Assembly: GCA_946965045.2 (NCBI GenBank)
Contig: OX337228.1
Location: forward strand, 6,820,001 to 6,884,000
Length of the DNA stretch: 64,000 nucleotides
From: Epithemia pelagica
Taxonomy: Eukaryota > Protista > Bacillariophyta
Direction of reading: 5' to 3'
Shown here: one piece after another, positions 34,992-45,449 of the stretch
How positions within the stretch are numbered: position 1 is the first letter of the stretch
Layout of the letters: each line of letters opens with the position of its first letter
Translations under genes and position numbers: made by a program
The notes under the pieces: generated by a model
Database searches by the model: none
The model's input: the letters and a program-made list of their open reading frames with translations, nothing else
Told to the model about the DNA's origin: nothing

Positions 34992-35004
34992 GGTTATTAC
35001 GCCC
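34992..35004 (+). promoter_or_regulatory. Candidate primer-binding site GGTTATTACGCCC
   Basis: Immediately follows the 5' LTR. It begins like the GGTTATG half-tRNA-iMet PBS known from Drosophila copia, but the match is partial. Confidence 0.4.
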
Positions 35005-35273
35005 TTTACTGCCTTACCCGCTCACGCATCCTTTGCCTCTAAGCTCTTGCTTATCCGTTCGAACCCTCTCGCCGCCTGAATCTCCCCTCCGGCCGCCCCC
35101 TCCCTTGCAAGCTGTCGTCCTCCCCACGTGAAGACGACTCTCCCCGTTCCCTAGGAAGCTTCACCTTGCTCCCCATCGAAGAGGAAATCCAATTCCTCTC
35201 GGACAGTGAAGACGAAACCACCAGCGATCCTTCCGCTGAGCCACGTGCCGACGACTCCTCCACCCAAGGAACC

Positions 35274-38200
35274 ATGCCTCCCACTGCTCCTCCAGCCCCT
35301 GCACCAACCGAACGCGTCCCGTTCAAGCCTCCAAGCCCTCGAATGGGCGGTTTAGTCCAACTCGATGAGTATAAATGGGCTGCCTGGACTGGTGGCAAGC
35401 CCCTAGCGAATTGGAAAGGCCTGGATCCAGCCGCATTCAATGGAACCACCCCCTTTCCCCGCACCCCTCACCAACGTCGTTTCGGGAAGGACATCACGGG
35501 TTTCGAAACCCGCTGTGGTGGATTGTCGAATCGTTTCCGCCAAGGAGACAACCTCCACAAGTTCATGAAGCGTCTCGACGAGACACTCATTCTCCGCGGC
35601 ATGGACACCATTGCCTACATACTTGACCCCGCTGACAACACCCGCATGCGCCATATTGTGAAGGAGCACACTCGCTTCACCCTGCGCCATGTCCAACAGA
35701 ACGCCGCGGCCCATTGCCAACAGTTTGACACATATGACGCCGAAAACGACACGGCCGCTCGTCTGTGCCTTTTGGAATCCGTCGACCTCAAGCTCCGCCA
35801 GCGAATTGAAACCAAGACCTCTTCCAACGACTCGTTCTGCCTTACCTGGATGACTTTCATCAGCATTCTTCAGTCTGATTCAGTCACCAAGTATGACAAA
35901 CTCGCCGCCAAGATCGCCTCCAGGACCCCATTCATGTACGCCGGCCAAAACATCACGGAAATGGCGGCCGACATGAAAGCAGATTGCGAAGACTTGTTTG
36001 CCTCCAGGTTTCACAAACAAACCTTGACCCTTGGCATCTTAGAAGCGTTCTCCCTTGCAAATGGAGACAGCCTCTACAACCTTGGATTGTTGAGTCTCCA
36101 ACCGCTCATCCAAGCCAAGATTCTTGAAGTCCGTTACAAATCGGACCAGGACCAACAAGCCGATCTCGAAGCCGCCGAACTGTCATTCAAAGATATCTGC
36201 GACAAGGCCGACTCCTTGTATTCTGATGCAATCAACCGCGGCTCCTGGCCACCGTCGAGCAACAACAAGGACACCAAAGTCCCCCCCGAAGTCTTCGGCA
36301 AACTAACCGAAGTTCAAGCAATGGCCCTTCGGCAGCACATGGGTGGTGCTTTCACAAAAGGAGCCTGTCTGATTTGTGGCGCCCAAGATCACTGGGCCAA
36401 AGATTGCCCCCAGCGTTCCTCCAAGCAGAACTCCGGGCAAAACTCCAACCGTCGCTCCAACTCCCAATCCAACTCCCAGCAGCGATCCAACCGTGGTGGC
36501 CGTGATGGAAGAGGCAACCAAGGCGGACGAAATGCTCGCACCAACAACAACCGCAGCAACAACAGCTCCTCATCCACGAACTGGAAGAAAATCGCACCCA
36601 CCGGCGACCAACCAACCCAAAAACAGAGCGATGGCAAAACATACAACTGGTGTGGTATCTGCAAACGTTGGACGCCCACCCACACCACCGACACCCACAA
36701 TGGCCCCGTTCCCAACAGGCGCCGCAACAACAACAACAATCGAAACAACCGCCAAGCCCAAGCCCACACCCTGGCCGTCGACTTTGACCCCTCCGCCTGG
36801 GCCGCGGTCATCGACATGGACGAACTCGTCTGCGTCGAATGCAGCGACCAAGACGAAACCGAAAACGAGAACACGTCTCCTCCTTCCGCAAACAACGAAA
36901 ACTCCTCCAACTCCATCCCTGACTCCTTCTGGGATGAGTTTTCTCCCACCGACAAAGAAGACGACGATGACGCCGTCTCCCTTTCGTCGTCCTCCAAACC
37001 ACCGAGCACCAACTCCTCTCCAAGTGCCGATGCTCCCCTGTGGATTGAAACCGACACTGTCGCTGATTGTTTTGGTGATCACTCCGACACCGTTGATTGT
37101 TATTTTGGCCTTGCTGATGATTCAAGTGAAGACGGCAAACCCTTTGCGGAAGACGACAACAACAACGACGACGACGAACACCATGACCAAACCTCTGTTG
37201 CCTCCTCCACTCGCAGCATCCTTCTGCCTCCCACTCCAGGCAACATCGACGCCCTGGACATCGACATCTCCAACTTGTCCTTGTCCACAGCTCCCCATGG
37301 CCGTTCCCCTTGTCTTGACCGACAGGCCAACACCACCAACGACTCGTCCATCACCTCCGTCCCCACTCGAGTGCACAACACTCCCACTTCAACGGACCAC
37401 CGACGCGAAGCCAACTTCGCAGCTGCCTTCCGCCACATCCCAACGACGCCGCATCCCACCGCGCCGTACACCCGTCCCTTTGTCCCCTTCAGCCGTCCTT
37501 TCGGCCATCCGTCGGCCATGGCCCTTGAATTCGACTATGGTAGCCTCCCCTTGGAATACATCAACTTTCCTTTCCTTGGGGAGGACACCACCCCGATCGA
37601 CCCCGACGACGCCATCCATCATGATCACCACCATGCCGACGCGTCCTCCTTCGACGAGTACACGGTCAATAGTGGTGCCAGCACCACCACGGCAACCACC
37701 GCCAACGAAACTGCTGCCACCACCACCACCGAAGTGTCACTTCCCGTCCCAGCGCCAACCGCCCTCATCATCTCCCTTCCTCAAGCTCCAGCCGATGCCA
37801 CTACCGCTGATGATCCTGATGATGACGACGACGACAACACTTCCGCCGATGAAGAGGACGATGACACTGTCGACGATGACGACTCCCCGGATCCTCCTCC
37901 CGACGACGATCACGATCCAAATTACGATGCCGATCGAGACGATGACTCCAATGGCGGACCGACCTCCCAGGACAACACCGATGCCCCATCTGATGCTGCT
38001 GTTCCCAGCAACACCAGTGGGGAACCAACCGAATCTTCGACTCCACCTTCGAATGACGACAACTCATCCTACGATCTTTTGGCTTCTGACACCGACGCAG
38101 CCACTGGTTCTACACCAGCCGAAAATTTGGATTCATCTAGTGTATCTGTTATAAGTAGTATTAGTGTGACCACCGACTCTGCTGACATCAGTACTCCCCA

Positions 38201-38957
38201 AGACCGAACCCCCCTACGTGCACCACTGGCCCGCCCTCCAACTCCGTTCAACCGCCATCTTGACGCGTGGCAAACAGCTGTTGCAGCGCCAGCCGAGCCA
38301 ACCACCCCTCGCACAAATGCCCTTGGTCTTTACTCGCCGGTCGAGCCAACTGCTGTGCCATCTTCACCTCCGTCTCACACGACCCGTCCCCGTCGTACCT
38401 TCGACACCGACGATCCAGCAGTCCGCATCCAATGCATGGAACGAGCCGTCGCCCGACTCATCCACGTGCACACGGCCATCAACAAGGAAGAAGACCTCTC
38501 CCAGCTCTCTCCTCTCCGCGACCAACTCGAGCAAGCCCGAACAAGTGTCCGCTTCCATCTCGAGACTCTCCGCCATGATGAATCCGTCCCCAACTCCAGG
38601 CTCGGTGCCCTCGATCCTCCTTTGAGCATCCAGTACACCTTCGCCTGGGAAATGGCCACCAATCCCCACTACACGGCCACCCAAATGCAGTGTGAAACCA
38701 CGTGCATCCCAGATCCACCCCCGAGCAAACGAATTAAGTTCGAACCTCATGCCAACTTAGCATGTGTTCAACCAACCACCCAACCAAACAAACAACCACC
38801 GTCGAGGCGTCCCCCTGTCTCCCGACCACGATATCCTCGGAATCGGCACCAAGATCCCTTGGCCTCCCAATTCAGTTTGATTGTTTCGTTTTCTGCTCTT
38901 ATCGTGGCCTCCCTTTCATGGCTCCATCCAACCGTCCTTCTCCACCATCTGTGGTAG
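35274..38957 (+). CDS. gag: Gag with a long acidic C-terminal extension
   Basis: CCHC knuckle CLICGAQDHWAKDC and a second Cys/His motif WCGICKRWTPTHTTDTH. First ATG at 35274; ends at TAG 38955-38957. Confidence 0.9.
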   Translation: MPPTAPPAPAPTERVPFKPPSPRMGGLVQLDEYKWAAWTGGKPLANWKGLDPAAFNGTTPFPRTPHQRRFGKDITGFETRCGGLSNRFRQGDNLHKFMKRLDETLILRGMDTIAYILDPADNTRMRHIVKEHTRFTLRHVQQNAAAHCQQFDTYDAENDTAARLCLLESVDLKLRQRIETKTSSNDSFCLTWMTFISILQSDSVTKYDKLAAKIASRTPFMYAGQNITEMAADMKADCEDLFASRFHKQTLTLGILEAFSLANGDSLYNLGLLSLQPLIQAKILEVRYKSDQDQQADLEAAELSFKDICDKADSLYSDAINRGSWPPSSNNKDTKVPPEVFGKLTEVQAMALRQHMGGAFTKGACLICGAQDHWAKDCPQRSSKQNSGQNSNRRSNSQSNSQQRSNRGGRDGRGNQGGRNARTNNNRSNNSSSSTNWKKIAPTGDQPTQKQSDGKTYNWCGICKRWTPTHTTDTHNGPVPNRRRNNNNNRNNRQAQAHTLAVDFDPSAWAAVIDMDELVCVECSDQDETENENTSPPSANNENSSNSIPDSFWDEFSPTDKEDDDDAVSLSSSSKPPSTNSSPSADAPLWIETDTVADCFGDHSDTVDCYFGLADDSSEDGKPFAEDDNNNDDDEHHDQTSVASSTRSILLPPTPGNIDALDIDISNLSLSTAPHGRSPCLDRQANTTNDSSITSVPTRVHNTPTSTDHRREANFAAAFRHIPTTPHPTAPYTRPFVPFSRPFGHPSAMALEFDYGSLPLEYINFPFLGEDTTPIDPDDAIHHDHHHADASSFDEYTVNSGASTTTATTANETAATTTTEVSLPVPAPTALIISLPQAPADATTADDPDDDDDDNTSADEEDDDTVDDDDSPDPPPDDDHDPNYDADRDDDSNGGPTSQDNTDAPSDAAVPSNTSGEPTESSTPPSNDDNSSYDLLASDTDAATGSTPAENLDSSSVSVISSISVTTDSADISTPQDRTPLRAPLARPPTPFNRHLDAWQTAVAAPAEPTTPRTNALGLYSPVEPTAVPSSPPSHTTRPRRTFDTDDPAVRIQCMERAVARLIHVHTAINKEEDLSQLSPLRDQLEQARTSVRFHLETLRHDESVPNSRLGALDPPLSIQYTFAWEMATNPHYTATQMQCETTCIPDPPPSKRIKFEPHANLACVQPTTQPNKQPPSRRPPVSRPRYPRNRHQDPLASQFSLIVSFSALIVASLSWLHPTVLLHHLW

Positions 38958-41900
38958 TATGGCTGCTGTATCCCCTTGACCCTCTCGTGGATTGGTGAAT
39001 TTCTCCTCACACATCGGCTCCTTCCCCGCTCCAAACACCATCTCCGTCCTCGCCGGCACCCTTGGGCACACCCAATGATGAGCCATGCTTCATCACGTGC
39101 ATGCTCTTCTCTGGCCGACTGGTTTGTTGCGTCGTTTCGTACATGGTGGATCCACCACTACCCCAACCTCTGCTCCACACCAGAGGGAGAGAGTCCACCA
39201 AACAATGGTGCTCCACAGAGGGCACGCCATCCAAACCGTTCCATTCGACACCAACGACGCCAACGACGAGGCAACCAGCAGCACACCCATGGACCATCCC
39301 ATCAAGACTCCATCTCCGAACCTCAACTTTGCGCCCTCATTAACCAACTCGGAGAAAGTGAAGCCTTGAAAATGGCCCTCCAAGCTCCAGCCAAATTCAG
39401 ATCCGCCATGGAAAACCAAAACTCATCCAGTTTCCCCATCATCTGGGACTCTGGAGCGAGTATTGCTGTGTCAAACACCAAGTCCGATTTTGTTGGATCG
39501 ATCCGAAAAGTACGACCAGACCTGCAACTCAAAGGTGTTGCCCAAGGCGTCCCAATCAACGGACTCGGCACCGTCCACTGGTCCGTCATGGACACCAGAG
39601 GCAATCTCCGCACCCTCAAACTCTTGGCCTTGTTCATCCCATCGGCCAATTGTAGATTGTTGAGCACAACACATCTCCTCCAACAATACCCCGGAGAAAC
39701 CATCACCCTTCAAGACTGCGGATTAACTCTCAGCGGGATACAAGACGACTCCAATTGGACCCCGGTCTTTGCCACCATCAATCCGACCAACAACCTTCCC
39801 ACCTGCTATGGCTATGGAAAAGATGGAATCCACCGATCCATCCAAGCACTCGTGACCACTGTCACCGTTGTCCACGAACGAAACTTGAACTTGACCGAAC
39901 CACAGAAGGAATGGCTTCGGTGGCACCAACGACTTTGCCACATGAACTTTCGGACCATCCAATTCCTTTTTAAATCCGGTGTATTGTCACGTTCTGCGTC
40001 AAACCGTCAGTTGCACACAGCCATCTGCAAACTACGGAGTCCGCCCATGTGTGCCGCCTGTCAATACGGCAAGCAACGACAACGGTCAACACCAGGACAA
40101 ACAGTCACCAAAGTTCTCGACCGTGACGGTGCCCTCAAAAACAACGACCTGTTTCCGGGCCAAAGTGTGTCGGTGGACCACTTTATTTGCTCCACGAAAG
40201 GTAGATTGTTTACGTCGAAAGGAAAGACAAAAGATGAGAAAATGTTTTGCGGAGGATGCATCTTTGTTGATCACGCCAGCGGCCACATCGATGTGGTCTT
40301 TCAGGCGCATCTCAACACTCACGAGACTTTGCATGCCAAACTTACCTTCGAGCAACGTTGCAAGGATGTGGGTGTCGTTCCCCAACGATACCACACTGAC
40401 AACGGCAGCTGTTTCACTGCACAAGACTACACCAGGCAACTCGAAACCTTTGCCCAGATTCGGTCCTACGCTGGAGTAGGCGCCCATCACCAGAATGGCG
40501 TCGCCGAACGAGCCATCCAAACCATCATGTCGATGGCTCGGACGATGATGCTCCACGCCAGCATCCACAGGCCTGAGACAGCGGATCCCACCCTCTGGCC
40601 CATGGCGGTCTCCCACGCCGTCTTTGTCTTCAACCACGTTCCCAATCCGTCCACTGGCGTCTCACCCCACGATATCTTTTCAAGAACGAGATGGCCACAA
40701 AAACGGCTACACGATCTTCATGTCTGGGGAGCACCCGTGTACGTCCTGGAAAAACGGATTGCAGACGGTAAGAAACTGCCAAGATGGAAACCAAGATCAC
40801 AACGAGGGATGAACATGGGACTTTCTCCCAACCATGCCACCACAGCACCACTCGTTTTGAATCTTTCCACGGGCGCCATCACACCGCAGTACCATGTCGT
40901 CTTCGACGATTGGTTTGCAACGGTGCCGACTCCAGCAGACAACAACAACACAGAAGACATCTCCAGACTTGACAGTGTCTTTGGCGACATGACCAATCAT
41001 CTGCACTCACCGGGGTACGACAACGATGACTGTGTGGACGACGCTGTCACCAGTGCACCACTTGCTGCTGTCAACCATCGTTCTGAAGACAATATTTTTA
41101 CGTCTATGGAACGAACTGTTCCGTCTGTCCCTCTTTCTGTTGACACGCCAGCTGTCTCTGTCCCCAGAACTCCCCCAGCCACTCCCACCACCCAGCCCTC
41201 CACGACTGCTTCGTCTCGTCTTGCCCCGTCGGCTAGTGACCCACTCCCTTCTCCGCCTCCCGTGCCACCTCCGAACACGCCAGTGCGCGATGTCCCTCCG
41301 CGCGCGGCGACACCTCCAAAGCCAAAACCTGCTGTTTCCTTCTCGGAACCGCTCGTTTTGCCTTCCCCGTCGTCTCCTGTCCCTGTGCACTCGGAACAGA
41401 GGGAGAATCCAGCACCACTGTCGCCTCTCCGTGTGGCACCAGCCTCCCATCCCTCTTCTCCTCAGAGGGAGTCTCTCTCCTCAAGACAGCCCTCCTCTCA
41501 GAGGGAGCCGCCTTCTCAGAGGGAGCCACCAAGCGATCCTCCTTCCGACGCACCATCTGCTCGACGATCCAACCGTGTCCGTCGTTCACCAAGTCGTCTC
41601 ATCGAGAATATGGACGCCGCCCAACAATCCTATGTCGCCAATCAAGCCGAATTCGATGACATCAGTGGATTCAAGGTTGCCATTTCAGATCCAGACACTC
41701 TGTCCTACGAACAAGCAAGACAAGACAAGGATATCGACCATTGGAGAGAAGCGGCTAGAATAGAAATTGAAGAATTAACTAGCAAGGGAACATGGAGTGA
41801 GGTTCCAGAGGAAGAAGCAACATCAAGAATCATCCCTGGTACCTGGGTCTTCAAGCGCAAGCGCCACCCAGACGGAACCATCAAGAAATACAAGGCCAGA

Positions 41901-43262
41901 TACTGTGTCCGTGGGGATCTCCAAGAAGGCGACTTCAACACCTACTCACCCGTCGTCAATTGGGCCTCAATCCGTATTGCTTTGGTACTCGCCCTGGCTT
42001 GCAACTGGGCAATGGTTTGCATCGATTTCAACAATGCCTTCGTCCAGGCCGAGTTAAAAGATCCTGTTTGGATCCACATCCCGCGCGGTTTCTCCTCCAC
42101 CAAGACCACCAAAACCTGTCTCCGACTCCACAAGAGCCTTTATGGACTCTCGGTCGCACCTCGGTTGTGGTACCAACGTCTCCGACAAGCCTTGCTTGAC
42201 GACGGCTTCACCCAGAGCAAACTCGACGAATGTGTCTTCCTCAAGGAAAACATGATGGTGTTTCTCTGGGTGGATGATTGTGGTATTATCGCTCCGACGA
42301 TGGACGCAATCAACGAATTTGTGAAACGACTCAAGGCTCGAGGATTTGAGCTCTCCGTGGACAGTGATTTTGCTGAGTACTTGGGCATCTATTTCACTCG
42401 GAAAGATGGAACAATTACAATGACCCAACCAGGGCTCATTAAGAAGATCGTTGAGGCCACAGGCATGACAAATTGCAATGGCAACTTTGTGCCAGCCTCC
42501 CAAGTGTGCCTTGGCAGTGACCCTGATGGACCACCGATGAAAGAAAAATGGAACTACCGTTCCATCGTCGGCATGCTCCTTTACCTTTCCACCAACACAC
42601 GGCCAGATATCAGTTTTGCCGTCTCCCAAGTCGCTCGCTTTTCAACCAACCCGAAACAATCCCATGCCCAAGCCATCAAAATGATTGTCCGATACCTCTG
42701 GAGAACTGTAGATTGTGGGACAATTTTTCGGCCAACAACCGCCTTCAAGGTTGATTGCTATGTGGATGCGGATTTCATGGGCCTCCATGGCCGTGAATCC
42801 GAGGACGAACCGATCAGTGCCAAATCACGCACTGGATACATCATCCATTTTGGCGGCTGTCCCTTGGTCTGGAAATCTCAGCTCCAAAGTGAGATTGCCA
42901 CCAGTACCTTCCACGCCGAATACGTCGCGCTTTCGCAAAGCATGCGTGTTGTTGTGTGGCTCCAAGACATCTTGTTCGAGATCAACCACCACCTTGACCT
43001 CGGCACCGACTCCCCAACCATCTTTGCTGAAATCCATGAGGACAACAACAGCGCGTATCTTCTTGCCAACAACCAGCGCCTCTCGTCCCGTTCCAGATCC
43101 CTCAACAACAAATACCACTGGTTCTGGGAAGTTGTGAAAGGGACGAATGCAACAGTTAGAATCTCCAAGATCGAAACAACGATGCAACGAGCGGACTATC
43201 TTACCAAAGGACTCTGCCGTGATGTTTTTGAGAGGATTCGGAAACTGAATCAAGGTTGGTGA
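38958..43262 (+). CDS. pol: Pol (protease, integrase, reverse transcriptase, RNase H), in the same frame as gag
   Basis: PR IIWDSGAS; pre-integrase WHQRLCH..CAACQYGK; IN VDH..TDNG..NGVAER; RT KYKARYCVRG..LWVDD; RNase H YVDADF..AEY..EDN..ADYLTK. Confidence 0.96.
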   Translation, partial: YGCCIPLTLSWIGEFLLTHRLLPRSKHHLRPRRHPWAHPMMSHASSRACSSLADWFVASFRTWWIHHYPNLCSTPEGESPPNNGAPQRARHPNRSIRHQRRQRRGNQQHTHGPSHQDSISEPQLCALINQLGESEALKMALQAPAKFRSAMENQNSSSFPIIWDSGASIAVSNTKSDFVGSIRKVRPDLQLKGVAQGVPINGLGTVHWSVMDTRGNLRTLKLLALFIPSANCRLLSTTHLLQQYPGETITLQDCGLTLSGIQDDSNWTPVFATINPTNNLPTCYGYGKDGIHRSIQALVTTVTVVHERNLNLTEPQKEWLRWHQRLCHMNFRTIQFLFKSGVLSRSASNRQLHTAICKLRSPPMCAACQYGKQRQRSTPGQTVTKVLDRDGALKNNDLFPGQSVSVDHFICSTKGRLFTSKGKTKDEKMFCGGCIFVDHASGHIDVVFQAHLNTHETLHAKLTFEQRCKDVGVVPQRYHTDNGSCFTAQDYTRQLETFAQIRSYAGVGAHHQNGVAERAIQTIMSMARTMMLHASIHRPETADPTLWPMAVSHAVFVFNHVPNPSTGVSPHDIFSRTRWPQKRLHDLHVWGAPVYVLEKRIADGKKLPRWKPRSQRGMNMGLSPNHATTAPLVLNLSTGAITPQYHVVFDDWFATVPTPADNNNTEDISRLDSVFGDMTNHLHSPGYDNDDCVDDAVTSAPLAAVNHRSEDNIFTSMERTVPSVPLSVDTPAVSVPRTPPATPTTQPSTTASSRLAPSASDPLPSPPPVPPPNTPVRDVPPRAATPPKPKPAVSFSEPLVLPSPSSPVPVHSEQRENPAPLSPLRVAPASHPSSPQRESLSSRQPSSQREPPSQREPPSDPPSDAPSARRSNRVRRSPSRLIENMDAAQQSYVANQAEFDDISGFKVAISDPDTLSYEQARQDKDIDHWREAARIEIEELTSKGTWSEVPEEEATSRIIPGTWVFKRKRHPDGTIKKYKARYCVRGDLQEGDFNTYSPVVNWASIRIALVLALACNWAMVCIDFNNAFVQAELKDPVWIHIPRGFSSTKTTKTCLRLHKSLYGLSVAPRLWYQRLRQALLDDGFTQSKLDECVFLKENMMVFLWVDDCGIIAPTMDAINEFVKRLKARGFELSVDSDFAEYLGIYFTRKDGTITMTQPGLIKKIVEATGMTNCNGNFVPASQVCLGSDPDGPPMKEKWNYRSIVGMLLYLSTNTRPDISFAVSQVARFSTNPKQSHAQAIKMIVRYLWRTVDCGTIFRPTTAFKVDCYVDADFMGLHGRESEDEPISAKSRTGYIIHFGGCPLVWKSQLQSEIATSTFHAEYVALSQSMRVVVWLQDILFEINHHLDLGTDSPTIFAEIHEDNNSAYLLANNQRLSSRSRSLNNKYHWFWEVVKGTNATVRISKIETTMQRADYLTKGLCRDVFERIRKLNQGW

Positions 43263-43294
43263 TTGACTGTGTTTGAAAAGATATCGCCCTTGTC

Positions 43295-43303
43295 AAGAGG
43301 GAG
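43295..43303 (+). promoter_or_regulatory. Polypurine tract AAGAGGGAG
   Basis: Purine run directly abutting the 3' LTR. Confidence 0.8.
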
Positions 43304-43682
43304 AGTCGCGGTTAATCAGTGTGACGGACAGGCGATATGGCAGTCACGATTCGAATCTGTGAGACATAGAATCGTGTCCCCACTATGTATCCAAGAGCAA
43401 TGCCTTACTACCAGAGAAGGCATTGCCCGTCGCATAGTAACCAAGCTCTAGCCATTGGCATCAATGGTTCCAAACTAACCTCCATGAGTAAATGAGGAAT
43501 TGATTCCTCGTGAGGAATCAAATGAGGAATCGAATGTAGTTCCTAAACCTAGAGCTTATAGTATCAACAAACAGAAAGTTGTGAAACAACTTCTATAGTG
43601 TATTGTCGTGGAGACTTGATCACCTCCCCGCCAATATAGGTACTGCCCCTAGCTACTACAGAGTATCCTGTGTACTTTGACT
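43304..43682 (+). repeat. 3' LTR
   Basis: 379-bp copy of the 5' LTR, followed by the TSD ATGGG. Confidence 0.97.
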
Positions 43683-45449
43683 ATGGGCAACGATAATTCC
43701 TCCTCGAGGATTTGGTACGCCTCTGTTTCATTTCCAGCGCGCAATAGATTTCGTACAATCGCACAACTTTCCAGAGGATTCATGTCATTGCGAAACTGAT
43801 TTTGACGATAGGAGATGGCGTCCATGGCGATTGCATGATTGTTGAGACGCAAGGCCGCCACGGTCAGTCGCGATAACAAGGATCCTTGGGAACCATTGGC
43901 CATAAACGAGTCATTTGTCGTCTCCAACAACAATTTTGCAATTCTCTTGAGTTGAGCCGTATCTCGACTATTTTGGGCTCTCTTAATGGCCGTCAACACC
44001 TGCTCGGACGTGGATTCGGCCGTCAATTCGGGAGAATCGACCTTGGAAGTTTGTCTTTTGCGATTGCCGTCTTGTGGCGATGAGGCTTTGGCTTTCCTTG
44101 CACGTTCCAAGGCTTTGCGCTCTGGACGAGATAATTTGGTCCGCTTTGGACGAGCCTCGGAATCTTCTTTTTCGACAGAAGCTACAGGATTTGGTGCAGA
44201 AAAGAATCTCCTGACATTATTTGCACCGAGGGATTGAGGAATGAATTGCACATGGAACGAGGAAGTTTCGTGGAAACAAAAGGCAAGGGGGACGCATAAT
44301 AGCAAGGACTTGGAGTTCATGGTTCATTGTCCATCAGGGTATCTTTCGGGCATGCGAATGATGTAACTTGATCCTTGATGTACTTTCTCACTGTAGGAGA
44401 AACCCTCTATGAACTCCACAATATCGGAATTCCATAATTCGGTGCACCTCAAAAGAAAAAAGCAATTGAAAGGTCATCGACTATAGTGAAGGCGAATCCA
44501 TGAAGAACGTATTATTCATGTAGAGTTCTACGTTACCGCCGCCGCCATCACTACCAGCGTCGTCGCTGCCATCTTTTCGGGCACTCATCGAACTGCGACA
44601 GCTACGTTCCAAACGATCAAATGAGGAAGAAATCTGTAGACCATCAAATGATAGGTGATGTTGTTGTTGACATCGTTTTCTACTTCCTGGAAATAACTGC
44701 ACACTCGTCGTCGTAGTCGTAGTCTCCGATGATATTGGAAAATTAAGTACTGGCCACCTATGGTTGAACTTTCTATTGTTTTGAATATTGCTTGTCTTCT
44801 TGTTAAGATATGCATTATTGGTGAAAGATGATGATGATGTAAAAAAGGCAGACTTTTCATGATGATAACGAGGACGAGTACGATCATCATAGCCGTAAAC
44901 ATGTTGAACAAAAACGGAAGAAAATCGAAGAAGGATGGAATATTGAAGTTTGTAAACATTCACCGAGGATACGATAGAGATTCATTTGGAAAAAGCATAA
45001 ACATCTTTAATGGGGGCGGGCAATGCAAATTGGGTCTTTTGTGGAACGGCAAGGCGAAACACCCACACACATTGCACACACAACAAAGGCATAATGGGTT
45101 TTCCATTATGAAACTTAAGTTTCTCCTTCCCTTCTTTCATATCTAAATGAGAAAACAAATTGTGGTCCAAAATTCAACTCCCGATTTCTCATAAAAAGAC
45201 GTTCATGATATCCATTCTTGACACCATCATCATAATCCATGTCCCATGGGGTAAACTTGTTGGACTTTTTAATATTCTTGCCATGCCTGCCTCTGCTGTT
45301 ATATTTCTTCTGAAACACCATGATTCACTACCGAAACCTTTTGTAGAATGGCGGCATCATAAAGCACTATCATCATTCCTCCATTATTGAAAAATCCTTT
45401 CTCATTCCTGAACTGTTCATACAAACCAAAAATATGTTTTTCATATCAT

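Larger units (their letters stand above)
34613..43682 (+). mobile_element. Full-length Ty1/copia LTR retrotransposon (diatom CoDi-like), 9070 bp, 5-bp TSD ATGGG
   Basis: Two 379-bp LTRs. TSD at 34608-34612 and 43683-43687; the empty site at 62479-62483 has a single ATGGG. Domain order is gag-PR-IN-RT-RH. Confidence 0.98.
33439..44320 (-). pseudogene. engB: EngB/YihA-family GTPase, copy A, interrupted by the copia element
   Basis: 5' part 44320-43683 and 3' part 34612-33439 are colinear with the intact copy at 61322-63116. Intron 33919-33841. Confidence 0.92.

Noticed and set aside
44365-44420. Terminal inverted repeats or Helitron ends for the 8-kb block
   Set aside because: The left end (AACTTGATCC...) and right end (...ATCTGGAAA) are not complementary, and no hairpin-plus-CTRR terminus is seen.
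44481-45400. Small ORFs at 44481-44963, 44859-45146 and 45115-45321
   Set aside because: They are low-complexity and conflict on opposite strands. I could not tell whether any is an upstream lipase exon.
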